A DNA stretch of 62,966 nucleotides, filler included, from Octopus bimaculoides (lineage: Eukaryota): NCBI RefSeq assembly GCF_001194135.2. It is 8 parts of 7 records of this genome, joined end to end, with 100 filler letters (N's around TTAATTAATTAA, not from the genome) between each part and the next. Parts side by side here need not be neighbours in the genome. Positions count along the whole stretch, not along the records: positions 1 to 22,293 come from NC_068981.1; positions 22,394 to 33,117 come from NC_068986.1; 6 more parts are not named here. The stretch is one strand, 5' to 3'. This document shows, piece after piece, positions 11,994 to 24,771 of this stretch. Within the stretch, counting starts at the first letter, position 1. Each line of letters begins with the position of its first letter. The notes under the pieces were generated by a model. It made no database searches. It worked only from the letters and a program-made list of their open reading frames with translations, and had not been told where the DNA came from. Both the position numbers and the translations under genes were made by a program.

Positions 11994-12892
11994 CAAAGAA
12001 AGTGTGAGAAAGAGAGTGGAGGGATAGAAAGAGAGAACGAAGGCGAGAAAAATAGTGAAAAAAAGAAAGAGAAAAAGAAGGAGAGAGAGAGAGAGAGAGC
12101 ACGAAAAAATGAAAGAATTAACTATAAAAGGAAAGAAGAGAAATTTACTGTATATGTACATGTAAGTATATACATACCGGCACGCACTCACAAATACACA
12201 CACAGACACACATACATACATACAAAGGCACACACGAACATGTATACGCATATATATATTTGGTACATACATATATGCCCGACTCAAAGGTTTCTCCTAC
12301 CAGTGATCTTGATCTCAGTGACGGATTTAATTTATCATTTTAAATCGCAGAAATTTTTCTTAGCATAGCAAAGTTTAATAGGAAATAATCCCACCCAATA
12401 TTATTTCTCATTAAGTTGTATTTGTATACAGTGCGGAAATTCGTGTTAAGTGTTTCAGTCTATTATACAAACAATAAGTCTGGAAAAAGATAGGATAAAT
12501 TTTCAAGCCGATTGAAGTGTTTTGCCCTTGGATACAATAGTTACAACTGGCACCAGCTTGGCTGGAGAGCAAGTGGATTTACATATTTTGCCCCAGAACA
12601 TAACCAATATGCTTGGCATCAGTTTGGCTGTTGTACACAATAATTGTCGTCTTGCCAAAAGACACACACGTAATTATTGTATATAGTACAATATTGAAAA
12701 TGCAAACTGTCAGTAAGCAGACGGGAAGTTTAAATTGAAATATACTTAAACATAAGGTCTCGTATTTAGTTTTCGTATTTTATAACTAAGTAATGTTGTT
12801 TTTAACTAAACTATGTTGAGGAAATGCAGTTCTAAAATGAAAACTTCTGTTCAATAAATCTGTCCCTTCAGAACTTCAATCTCTTAACTAGG

Positions 12893-12998
12893 CCATTAGA
12901 ATAAGTACTGAACTTTAAATAAGATAGTACTAAGATAGATTTGTTCGAGTATCCCAAAACAGAGGTGCTTCAGCATGGCCACAGTTCAATGACTGAAA
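12893..12998 (+). mobile_element. SINE family A, degraded 3' fragment
   Basis: agaataagtact...ggtgcttcagcatggccacagttcaatgactgaa. Confidence 0.6.
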
Positions 12999-13397
12999 GG
13001 TGGAGGAATTCCATCTTTAAACTTCTTTACATCATGATCTAAAATGTAATTTTTGTTTCTACCCTGATGACTGAGGCTCGATTTATCCAATGTTAATTTG
13101 GTTCCATTACTGGCTGCAAATTTTGGTGAACTACATCTACCACCATTATGGTGGGTCTCCGAGCTCCCAGAAACAGCTATTGAACTTATAACACCTTTCT
13201 CCCCTGTTGTTTGTACTATGTGTATGTTTGATCTATTAATATCTATATAATTAATTATCTATATATTGGGTCATCTCGTAATAATGTGGTTTTTATACTT
13301 CTTTTATCTTTCCAAATTAAGATAAACAAAGTTCTTTTTAATCTAAAATATACTCTCCTTCATTTTCTACACCTTTCGTCTTGAAACCAAAGATGGG

Positions 13398-13660
13398 TTT
13401 AAAAGTTCAAATTGGACTAAACCTTTCATATCCCACCAAACAGATAACAACACCTTACGTGGGTGAAGACTTTCAGCCTGGGATGCCGGTGTTTCTCTTT
13501 TCTCTACCTACTGCCTTTGGAGCTTGACATTTTTACAGAGAACCCATTTCTCGTCACCAGTTACAATTCAGTTCAAAACAACATTCAATCGTGAGACGTG
13601 ACAGCAAAGAAGAACACACATTCACTCTCTGTGCGCGATTTCCCAGTAAGTTTATCTTCA
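13398..13660 (-). pseudogene. Mariner transposase fragment (first catalytic D region)
   Basis: Minus strand: AQRVNVCSSLLSRLTIE..LN*IVTGDEKWVLCKNVK...LHPRKVLLSVWWDMKGLVQFELL; TGDEKW and WWDxKG are diagnostic mariner motifs. Confidence 0.85.
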
Positions 13661-13913
13661 CTTTCTTGATTTAACTTTACTCTATATTGTTTTCTTCCAT
13701 CCTTCTCTAATTCCCTTTTTCACCCCTCCTTCTTTCACCGTTTTCTATCTGTCTCCTTTTCTCTCTCCCCTCTTTCTCTTTTTCTCTCTGTCGTTGCTCA
13801 CACGTGACCATCGTCCATCTTTCTTTTCCTGTATACATACACACACCCACACCCATACACACCCACACCCACACCCACACACCCACACACATATATATAC
13901 ATATTTACATACA

Positions 13914-13947
<34 letters not shown>

Positions 13948-14415
13948 NNNNNNNNNNNNNNNNNNNNNNNNNNNNNNNNNNNNNNNNNNNNNNNNNNNNN
14001 NNNNNNNNNNNNNNNNNNNNNNNNNNNNNNNNNNNNNNNNNNNNNNNNNNNNNNNNNNNNNNNNNNNNNNNNNNNNNNNNNNNNNNNNNNNNNNNNNNNN
14101 NNNNNNNNNNNNNNNNNNNNNNNNNNNNNNNNNNNNNNNNNNNNNNNNNNNNNNNNNNNNNNNNNNNNNNNNNNNNNNNNNNNNNNNNNNNNNNNNNNNN
14201 NNNNNNNNNNNNNNNNNNNNNNNGTTTGGCCTGTAGATCTTGTAAGTTCTTCGTTAACTTCGGTGGAGAAGTTAACAAAGAACTTACTATATCTATATGC
14301 CAAACTGTAAAATTATATATTATCAGAAAATTAATTTGATTAGAACTACCAGTGAAGTCATTCTTTTACTTTTTCAAATATACCAAACTGTACCAAGGAT
14401 TTCACACATTTTCCG

Positions 14416-14449
<34 letters not shown>

Positions 14450-14880
14450 TTGAGGGTATAGACCTAAAATAAGTAAAATACCTCTGAATAAATAATGTAC
14501 ATCTTACAGCAACGTGCAAACAAAACTACTACAATTGATTGAAATGAGAATAAACACTTTTAGAACCACGCTTCAACTGTAATACCTGCAGAGCTGATTA
14601 TAAAACCAGCATTCCATCGAATATAACCATTAACACTATTATCTTCAACTGAATACCAACGCAGGATGCTTGTTAGAATCAGTTCCCCTTGAAAGCGTCA
14701 TGAGTGTTGGGCCCTTGATGAAATTGCCAGGACTAGAATGCATAATTGCATACAAAGCAATGTGCAGTCGAATCATATGTAGGTCAGATGTATATGCTGT
14801 AGAATACTTTTAAATAAAGAAGTTTTCGGATATGAATTAAATCTTCACTCACTTCTTCGTTATCAATGTTATATATATAT

Positions 14881-15251
14881 TACTCTTTACGCTTTTACTT
14901 GTTTCAGTCATTTGACTGTGGCCATGCTGGAGCACCGCCTTTAGTCGAGCTAATCGACCCCAGGACTTATTCTTTGGAAGCTTAGTACTTATTCTATCGG
15001 TCTCTTTTTGCCGAACCGCTAAGTTACGGGGACGTAAACACACCAGCATCGGTTGCTAAGCGATGGTGGTGAGACAAACACAGACACACAAACACACATA
15101 CATATATATATATACATATATACGACGGGCTTCTTTCAGTTTCCGTCTACCAAATCGACTCACAAGGCTTTGGTCGGCCCGAGGCTATAGTAGAAGACAC
15201 TTGCCAAAAGTGCTACGCAGTGGGACTGAACCCAGAACCATGTGGTTGGTA
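14881..15251 (-). mobile_element. SINE family A, near full length
   Basis: High identity to the reverse complement of 4745-5118; head lost in a gap. Confidence 0.9.
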
Positions 15252-16024
15252 NNNNNNNNNNNNNNNNNNNNNNNNNNNNNNNNNNNNNNNNNNNNNNNNN
15301 NNNNNNNNNNNNNNNNNNNNNNNNNNNNNNNNNNNNNNNNNNNNNNNNNNNNNNNNNNNNNNNNNNNNNNNNNNNNNNNNNNNNNNNNNNNNNNNNNNNN
15401 NNNNNNNNNNNNNNNNNNNNNNNNNNNNNNNNNNNNNNNNNNNNNNNNNNNNNNNNNNNNNNNNNNNNNNNNNNNNNNNNNNNNNNNNNNNNNNNNNNNN
15501 NNNNNNNNNNNNNNNNNNNNNNNNNNNNNNNNNNNNNNNNNNNNNNNNNNNNNNNNNNNNNNNNNNNNNNNNNNNNNNNNNNNNNNNNNNNNNNNNNNNN
15601 NNNNNNNNNNNNNNNNNNNNNNNNNNNAATATTTCTTGGCAGTGTGAATAGAAAGCGATGCGAATGTATTTATTATATGTCCAGGAGTTTAATATAAACA
15701 ATTCTATTTTCCCAACATTAGCTGTAATAAACAACTTCACCTTTCTCTCTCTTTCTCTCTCTGTTCCACAAACTAGAAACTCTTCTCCGTGTAAACATGT
15801 CACCGAAATTTGTCAAATCATCACTCCTTCCCCTCCCACCCCTCTCTCTTTCTCTCTCTCGCTCCTTCTCTCTCTCTCGCTCCTTCTCTCTCTCTCGCTC
15901 CTTCTCTCTCTGCTTATCTCTCGTTCCTCATATTTCCTTTTCTATTTCGCATTATTCATTCATTCACTCACTCATACATACATACATACATACATACAAA
16001 CATACATGCATACGTATATTTCTT

Positions 16025-16345
16025 TTCTTTTACTTGTTTCACTCATTAGACTGAGGCCATGCTGGGGCACTGCTTTGAAAACATTTTTGTCTTAATTTTT
16101 TTGGTATTGCCGAACCGGGGACGTAACCACACCAGCATCGGTTGTCACGCGGTGGTGAGGGACAAACACAAACACAAAGGCACACGTACACACACACATA
16201 CACACGACGGGCTTCTTCCAGTTTCCATCAACGAAATCCATTAACAAGGCTATAGCAGAAGATACTTGCTCAAAGTACCACGTAGTAGGACTGAATCCGA
16301 AACCCTATGCTTAGGAAGCAAGCTTCTTATCTCACAGTCACGCCC
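16025..16345 (-). mobile_element. SINE family A, diverged with internal deletions
   Basis: Retains ggccatgctggggcac, accagcatcggttgtc, gctatagcagaaga blocks. Confidence 0.75.
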
Positions 16346-17051
16346 CCGCCACACATATATGTGCATGTGTGTAATATGTACAAACGCACTTACACACACA
16401 CACACACACACACATCTACTTTCAATTTCTTTTATTTGATTCTCTCATCAGAATCTGCTACTCCATTTTCAACCCACCTCTCCAAACCCGTCGTTCCGTA
16501 CCACTTGAGTAATGTAAAGAGTTCCCATTTTCCTACAGACGACCTCCCAATCTTCCCACCCTCATGTCAACAGCGGCAGCCAGAGCAGTTACTACTACTA
16601 TCACTTCCCTAACTCCTAATGACACATATACCATAAAGTAATTTGTACGCTGTGACCCGATTTGGCAGGAATAGTAGCCAAATACCCGGCGCCGACCTGA
16701 GGGATAAACAACAAAAGCAAGGACAACAACCTCTTTATTGTCATCTGACTAGTAGAAAAAAAAATGTTGATACAGTCCCCTCTTAAATCACACTCAGAAC
16801 GTACCTCCTAGAACGTCATTTTTCTGAAATTCCATCATTTTTTTTCTTGCAGTTACTCAAAAAGAATATCAACCAAGCTGATCTTGGAGGGAGTGCCAAT
16901 GAAGGACATATCACAACCCTTTCCCCTAGACCAAATTATTAAAGGAATCATTCCAAGTACATACATAGTACTTATTTTATTGACCCAAGAACGCTTGAAA
17001 AGCGATTACAATCCTAGTGATGATTTTGAACTCAGAGTGATACTAACTAAA

Positions 17052-17444
17052 TTGTTGTTGTTGTTGGCACTCCGTCGCTTACGACGTCGAGGGTTCCATT
17101 TGATCCGATCAACGGAACAGTTTGCTCGTGAAATTAACGTGCAAGTGGCTGAGCACTCCACAGACACGTGTACCCTTAACGTAGTTCTCGGGGATATTCG
17201 GCGTGACACAGTGTGACACGGCTGACCCTTTGAATTACAGGCACAACAGAAACAGGAATTAAGAGTGAGAGAAAGTTGTGGTGAAAGAGTACAGCAGGGT
17301 TCACCACCATCCCCTGCCGGAGCCTCGTGAAGCTTTAGGTATTTTCGCTCAATAAACACTCACAACGCCCGGTCTGGGAATCGAAACCGTGATCCTATGA
17401 CGGCGAGTCCGCTGCCCCTAACCACTGGGCCATTGCGCCTCCAC
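17052..17444 (-). mobile_element. SINE family B (tRNA-Arg-like head), full length with (CAA)n tail
   Basis: Reverse complement of 39535-39908; tail ttgttgttgttg on the + strand. Confidence 0.9.
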
Positions 17445-18377
17445 GATACTAAATAGACTACGGCATTTAGTCTGAGAGTTCACTGATTATAATGTGCTGC
17501 CGACCTCGTAATAACAATACTAACTAAATGTACGTGATCTGCTAGAAGTAGCAACAAAATATTCGTCAGTTAGTTATAGGAAAATTGCTTTCGTAGGGCC
17601 ACTGCTTGCAATTAAAAGAAAGCTAAGAAAAAGCACTAATTAGGCGGTGCAAATAAATACTAACGAAACTAATTAGGGTTTTATTTTCATGTTTCATCTG
17701 TTAACCAACAAGGAGAATTTTCTAATCATAACATTTATGTTATTATATCATAATAATTATACCACTAAAATTGCATGTAATTATTAATTGCACTATTTGT
17801 GTATAGATGGAATTATAACCTTAATTAGTTTTATTGAACTTTCTATTAACTGGAGAAATAGAAATAGTCCAAGGAGAAATTGTCAGGGGTTAATTTCCAG
17901 GAAGCAATTGTATGGGGGTAGAGGGTAGGGGTTATTTATTTTGATACTGCTTCAATCGTATCTTCTTTCTTAGAAAAAAAAGAAAGGGTGACACATTAAA
18001 TGGCGTAGTTGCATATAACATCGAAAGTTCCAAATATTCATGGTTGGAACGTTGTGGAATGTCGGGTGTGACTGACGATGGGAGTTAAGAAAAAAGGACC
18101 AGCAACAACAACGAAATGAGCTATACATTCAATTCAGTTTGGTCCCTGCAAGTTGATGGTTGTCGTCTCTCGTAGAGGGTCTGTGTATCTATATTTGGAA
18201 AGCCCCTCTCCAAAGTGCAACTCTGGGAAAGTGCTAGGTATGTGTGTGCGTGCGCGCGCGGGTTGGTGGGTGCCTACGCGCACACGCAGGCGGAATCTAG
18301 AAGTTGCTCATGTATGCAAGCTTTCTCTGTCTAACCCACCGATAATTTCCCACATTATCCTGAGGCCTTATGCTCCC

Positions 18378-18945
18378 TAAGGGAGCATTGCCAACTATAT
18401 CAATTCCAGTGTATGACTGGTACCTTATTTTCTCAAGCCTGAAAGGGGGAAACGCAAAGTTTGATTACAGCAGGATTTGAAATCAGAGCGTAAAGAGATA
18501 TAATTAAATACCACAAAACATTTTGTTCGACGCTCTACCGTTTCTACCAGTTCGCCGACATTCAAGTAATGACTTCAAATTCTGGCACGAGGACAGTAAT
18601 TTCGGGAGAGTGGGTAAGTCAATTAGGATGAAAAGCATAGTTAACCTCAGCGGGATTTGAACCTAGAACGTCAAGACGGATGAAATGCAAGTAAGCATTT
18701 TGCTCGGCGTGTTAACGATTCTGTGAGGTCGCCGCCTTATGTAAGTAAAGTAAATAATCCTTTCTAAAAACGGTACAAGGCCTGAAATTTTTGAGGATGA
18801 AATTTGTCGATTACATCGACCCCAATATTCAACTCGTACTTATTTTATCGACCCTGAATTTGAACTTAGAACGTAAGGACAGATGAAATGCCCATAAGTA
18901 TTTCGCCCGCCGTGCTAACGATTCTGTCAGGTCGCCGCCTTAGGT
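18378..18945 (-). mobile_element. Three consecutive degraded copies of SINE family C
   Basis: Repeated blocks gtacttattttatcgacc...gatttgaac(t/c)tagaacgt...cgtgctaacgattct at ~18380-18560, 18570-18740, 18760-18945. Confidence 0.75.
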
Positions 18946-19899
18946 AATCAAAATAAATAATGCAAGTTTCTCTGCTTGTTTTTCCACGCCACTTGCTTCA
19001 ATTAATCTNNNNNNNNNNNNNNNNNNNNNNNNNNNNNNNNNNNNNNNNNNNNNNNNNNNNNNNNNNNNNNNNNNNNNNNNNNNNNNNNNNNNNNNNNNNN
19101 NNNNNNNNNNNNNNNNNNNNNNNNNNNNNNNNNNNNNNNNNNNNNNNNNNNNNNNNNNNNNNNNNNNNNNNNNNNNNNNAAGATTAGTAATTAATATATA
19201 TATAGTAAGATTAAGTAATTAATACTATTTATTTATTAATATTGTAGGGCGGACTGTTACAAGTTTAATTTATTTGACAATATATTTATATATAACAAAA
19301 CTGAGTGGTGTTTTGTTTCTAACCTAAAGTGCTTAATGCAATATACAGTACTATGTGATATGTCATAGAGGTGTTGCCGCCTCTCTACAGTGTAAAGCAT
19401 ACTTGACTTGTAGTTACTGCTGCAATTACTGATGCTGATGCTGATAGTGTACCAATAGATGTTCAATATTGTATATTAGAGTGACTGATATAAAATCAAT
19501 TCGATTTAAAACTACTGGAGGTTGGACCATGGGCAAGGGGTTTGTCTTCAATTTGGAATAATGTTCTACGTCTAAAACGCTACTCCAAGGGAAACATGCT
19601 AGGCTTAGCAAGGAACGAAAGAAGCGAACCCACTAGTAAATCAGTTGTTAATTGAAAGTGAAAGTGATTTCTACGCAGAGTGAGGTGATATTTTCGTGTC
19701 TCTGCATGGTCATGAACTGCTAGAAATAGCAATCAAATATCTCTAAAATCACAACCTATTGCCTGAAAATTTAAAACTGAACTGACAACACTGTGTAACA
19801 CGATTTTTGACCTTGTGTAGTAACTGTTTTTTTTTTCCTATTTGCTTACCCCTACAAAGTATGAAAAATGGTTAATATTTCTTTCAAATTTTGCTTTTG

Positions 19900-20085
19900 C
19901 TACATTATTCAAACTCCCAAAGAATCCCCCTCGACACACGGCTATGATGTCCCTCCCCACTACTCCTGCTCAAGATCAAAGATGCACATATTGTCAGCCA
20001 ATAAGAGACATGCTCAAGTGGTTAAGGCCAAGCAACTGACAAGCAAATCTGTGATATTGAGCAGAATACTTGCTATAACGATATT
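19900..20085. mobile_element. Family E fragment
   Basis: caaactcccaaagaatcccc...gacatgctcaagtggttaagg...agcaaatctgtg matches 8210-8370. Confidence 0.75.
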
Positions 20086-20659
20086 TCTGCTTCAGCAACT
20101 CAGCGCTGAATCTGTCCGAAATGTAATGGAAAATAGTTCAATTTCAAAACATTGATGTCCATGTCACAAAAGCAAAGTTTGAAGGAAATAGTAGTCATTT
20201 CGTTTGATTTCTAGACAGAAACAAATAGGAAATAACATTTCCTGACGAATGACTAAAGAACTAATTGTTACACAGTGCAATCAATAAACCTAATAATTAC
20301 GACTGAGACACCTTTTATCATAGGTCTTGCCTGCATGGCTACGTTTGATCTAGGGCTAAATAAAACCAAGAGCTATATCGCAAATATATTTGAAGGTAGA
20401 TGTTTTATAAAGCGCAAGTAAAGCTATATATTCAGAAGTTCGCTTCATAACTACATTGTAGCAAGTTCGATCCCACAATACAGGACTTTGAGCTAAATGT
20501 ATTCATTAAGTTATAGACTCGGATTAATCAGAGCGTGAATTGTACAGAAGACCATCGGTGAGAGCTTTCATGTTCTATGGTAGACTTTATCCGTTGACCG
20601 GTTCAATACTGTAAAATGCCCTCGCAGCATTTTAAACATTAAATGGGGCTTTTTTTTTT

Positions 20660-21390
20660 ACTCCAGACATAGATTTCTTTGCGTCTGTAGGCATCATTTC
20701 AACTAAATCAATGATTCTGAAAAGCCAAATGAGATGGTCTGGCCATATTGTTCGAATGACGGATGAACGCACACCCAAGCAGTTGTTTTATAGCGAGCTT
20801 GCAGAGAGCAAACGCAATCAGTGTAAACCTAAAAAGAGGTTTAAGGACGGCATAAGAACTACCATGAGGTCATTTGGAATAGATCCAAATGCCATAGAAA
20901 CACTTGCCTCGGATCGAGCTGGATAGCGAACAAAAGTGTGGAGTGGAGTGAAAGCTTCTGAGGAGGCCAGGATGACACATGCAAAATTCAAGAGATATTT
21001 AATGAAGAATGTTGCGATCGAAATGAATCTCAGTGACCTTATTGTGTGCACAGTTTGTGACAGACCATGCCTTTCTTTTGCTGGGCTCAAATCTCATCTG
21101 AGGACCCATGAAAAACGAACCTCCACTAACTACTCTGCCTATATATCTGTGCACACCTTTCAATGCTGTGTATGCTATAAGATCTGCATAAAGGGGCCTC
21201 AAAAGATATTTTAAGGTTCACAAAGATCAGAACTTAACTGCAGCTCTTGGTGGTCCAAATCAGATATGCAATCTATGAGGATGTCTTTTCAATACATTTT
21301 CTGGTTTCAAAAGCCACATCAGACGCCATGATGGATCTAAAGTATAAGTACAAGATGTGGCATAAAGAGTAGGCAACCACCATTTGTATA
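20660..21390 (+). pseudogene. RTE-clade LINE 3' end with three C2H2 zinc fingers
   Basis: SQMRWSGHIVRMTDERTPKQLFYSEL..SKRNQCKPKKRFKD..ETLASDR (RTE/BovB-like C-terminus), then CTVCDRPCLSFAGLKSHLRTH, a deleted second finger, and CNL*GCLFNTFSGFKSHIRRH. Confidence 0.85.
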
Positions 21391-21914
21391 CAAATTTGTC
21401 TAGAATGCTTTTTATCATAGTTCTGTTCATGCAGGGATGTTCTGGGAGCGGAGGCGTAGCTTTAAGTAGCGGCAACGACAACAGTTATATAAACAAAGAA
21501 CTGAGGGAGCCATCTTAAAAGAACAGGTTTGATAATGAAGTCCTGGGTTCTTTGTGGAAAAGAAAAAAGTTGAGAATGTCATGGTAAGAACACCTTTGAT
21601 CATAGGTATACTCACTCAGCACTTATTTGGTGGCGAATTTGCAGAGTCGTTAGCGCATCGGACGATATGCCGTACGATATTTATCACAACCTCTTGTCTT
21701 CTGATTTCAAATCACACTAGAACCAACTTTGTTTCTTACTCTTTCGTGGGCGATAAATAAAGTACAAGTCTAGAACGGTAGATTGGTGAAATCGTTAAAA
21801 TTTTTGGCAGAATCTTTTGTAATGTTCGTACTGGCACCTTGCGTTTTGAGTTCAAATCCTTCCTTGGCCTACATGTATAATTGGTTTAATCCGTCACCCG
21901 GTTTCAGATTTTGC

Positions 21915-22293
21915 TACAAGGTCAGCAATTTCGGTGGTAAGTCGATTACATTATCCTCAGTGTTCAACTGGTACTTAGTTTATCAACTCGCTGAAAGGAT
22001 GAAAGGCAAAGTCAACCTTGGCGGAATTTGAACTCAGAACATAAAGACGGACGAAATGCCGCTGAGCATTTTGCCCGGCGTGCTAACGATTCTTATTTCT
22101 TTATTGCCCACAAGGGGCTAAATATAGAGGGGACAAATATGGACAGACAAAGGGATTAAGTTGATTACATCGACCCCAGTGCGTAACTGGTACTTAATTT
22201 ATCGACCCCGAAAGGATGAAAGGCAAAGTCAACCTCGGCGGAATTTGAACTCAGAACGTAACGGCAGACGAAATACCACTAAGCATTTCGTCC
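21915..22293 (-). mobile_element. Two adjacent SINE family C copies
   Basis: gtacttaatttatcgaccccgaaaggatgaaaggcaaagtcaacctcggcggaatttgaactcagaacgta occurs twice. Confidence 0.85.
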
Positions 22294-22393
22294 NNNNNNN
22301 NNNNNNNNNNNNNNNNNNNNNNNNNNNNNNNNNNNNNTTAATTAATTAANNNNNNNNNNNNNNNNNNNNNNNNNNNNNNNNNNNNNNNNNNNN
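22294..22393. other. Artificial contig-join spacer N44-TTAATTAATTAA-N44 (cores at 22338, 33162, 35491, 40651, 50575, 52905, 61446)
   Basis: Identical 12-mer with stops in all six frames, centred in 100-bp blocks, seven times. Confidence 0.95.
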
Positions 22394-23956
22394 TATATAT
22401 ATATATGTATACATATAAATATATATATATATATATATACATATGTGTGTGTGCGCGCGAGCGTGTGTGTATATATATATTTTTATATATACTTATGTGT
22501 GTGTACGCTCGTGTAAGTGCGTGTATGTGTGTTTGGGGGGGGATTGAAAGCGAAATCTACCTGATTCTTAAAATGAAAAACCATGTGATTTGAAATCAGA
22601 AGGCAAAATAATGAGAGTAAATAACAGACAAATGCTCAAATACAATATTTTAAACACACTGTAATCCACTTTCGAAATAATGATGACGTCATTAAAAATG
22701 AATACAATAATAAAAATACGAAATGTAACAATAACGGTAATTAAAACACATAAATAACAATATGGAAACTATTTGAGATAATGCCAATTTCTATAACAAT
22801 CACATGGAAACTTAAGATATATAATAAGAAACATCTTTTATTGGTATTCATGAGACTGAGCATCCGTATGTGGCTGGAATTGTTGTTTTTGTTGTTGTTG
22901 CTACTATTGTCAGTGTTGTTGGCCATGTCTAACTCGCCTTGTTTGTTCATTTCGAAATAAGTTTTAGAAAAGTCATATGCCTATATTCATTTATACACAG
23001 AATTCTTATTGTCTATTTTTAAAACTTATTTTTTTTATTTATACGTTGTATTTGTATTCCATAGAGGAGGGACCACTTAGAGTGTACAATTGTTCAAACG
23101 CCGAGTAGTTACATAAATAGCATCAGACATATCTCCACAGAAACCTTCTGGCCGCCATGAATGCAACAATTGAGAAAATGCACAAAGTTATGGCGTCTGT
23201 ATATAGAAATAGATGCAGGGAAAGGAGCGATTGAAAGCATTCAGCTCATTAGATCGGAAATACCCGTCGGCTTTTGTTTAATTATGTCTGTCTAAAGACT
23301 ACCATTTTGAGCTGATACGATTCCAATTGGAGGAGAATTTCACATATCTCCCGGTGATAGAGATGTATTCCTGTACATACAAGAATATGCGTGTGTGGGG
23401 GTATATGTGTATACGTGCGTATCAATCTATCTATCTATTTACCTATCTATCTATATATGTATATATACCTATATATGTATAAATATATATATATATATAT
23501 ANNNNNNNNNNNNNNNNNNNNNNNNNNNNNNNNNNNNNNNNNNNNNNNNNNNNNNNNNNNNNNNNNNNNNNNNNNNNNNNNNNNNNNNNNNNNNNNNNNN
23601 NNNNNNNNNNNNNNNNNNNNNNNNNNNNNNNNNNNNNNNNNNNNNNNNNNNNNNNNNNNNNNNNNNNNNNNNNNNNNNNNNNNNNNNNNNNNNNNNNNNN
23701 NNNNNNNNNNNNNNNNNNNNNNNNNNNNNNNNNNNNNNNNNNNNNNNNNNNNNNNNNNNNNNNNNNNNNNNNNNNNNNNNNNNNNNNNNNNNNNNNNNNN
23801 NNNNNNNNNNNNNNNNNNNNNNNNNNNNNNNNNNNNNNNNNNNNNNNNNNNNNNNNNNNNNNNNNNNNNNNNNNNNNNNNNNNNNNNNNNNNNNNNNNNN
23901 NNNNNNNNNNNNNNNNNNNNNNNNNNNNNNNNNNNNNNNNNNNNNNNNNNNNNNNN

Positions 23957-23995
<39 letters not shown>

Positions 23996-24455
23996 TAAAT
24001 AACTAGATTGATAGATAAATATATGTGTGTTTTTTCGTGTGTGTGCATCTTTATGTTTGTGTATGTGTAAGTATATGTCCAGCTGAGTGATAGGTAAATA
24101 GATACCTTTATGAATATGAATATTATGTGCATCACCTTTCACTTCCCCTTCCATTTTATATATGTAGGTGCATTCGGAGTGAGTGAGAGAAAGGGGAAGA
24201 GAACAGTATACATAATACAAGAGAAAGAGTGGGAGGAGGCAAATATATTGGAGACAATAGGAAATTAAAAGTTTGCATAATGAATAGCTTTGTCCTGAAC
24301 CGACTTATTTCATTTTGAGCAGACAGGCTGTAGATTCGGACTGGCCATATACTATTGTATGTATATCAAAGTATGGACTTAATAATATGAGTTCATTACA
24401 GCTTTCCTATATATGCAGGCATATGGATACATACACATGTATATGTGTGTATCTT

Positions 24456-24514
<59 letters not shown>

Positions 24515-24664
24515 TGATAAGTAGTGATTTGTTCTCATCTGCCGACTCAGTAAGGGGTTGGATATTACGATTTGTGGTCGAAACTATTCACTTTGGAAAG
24601 GAGGTACATTCTCCTAGGTGTTATCAATAACACAGGTAGATCGATGGATCGATTGATATATATA

Positions 24665-24671
24665 GTGAGCG

Positions 24672-24715
<44 letters not shown>

Positions 24716-24725
24716 NNNNNNNNNN

Positions 24726-24770
<45 letters not shown>
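24665..24770. repeat. (GATA)n microsatellite
   Basis: Direct reading, interrupted by 10 N. Confidence 0.9.

Positions 24771-24771
<1 letters not shown>

Noticed and set aside
16847-16960. Strong acceptor-like tttttcttgcag followed by an open frame
   Set aside because: Runs into degraded SINE C sequence with no good donor
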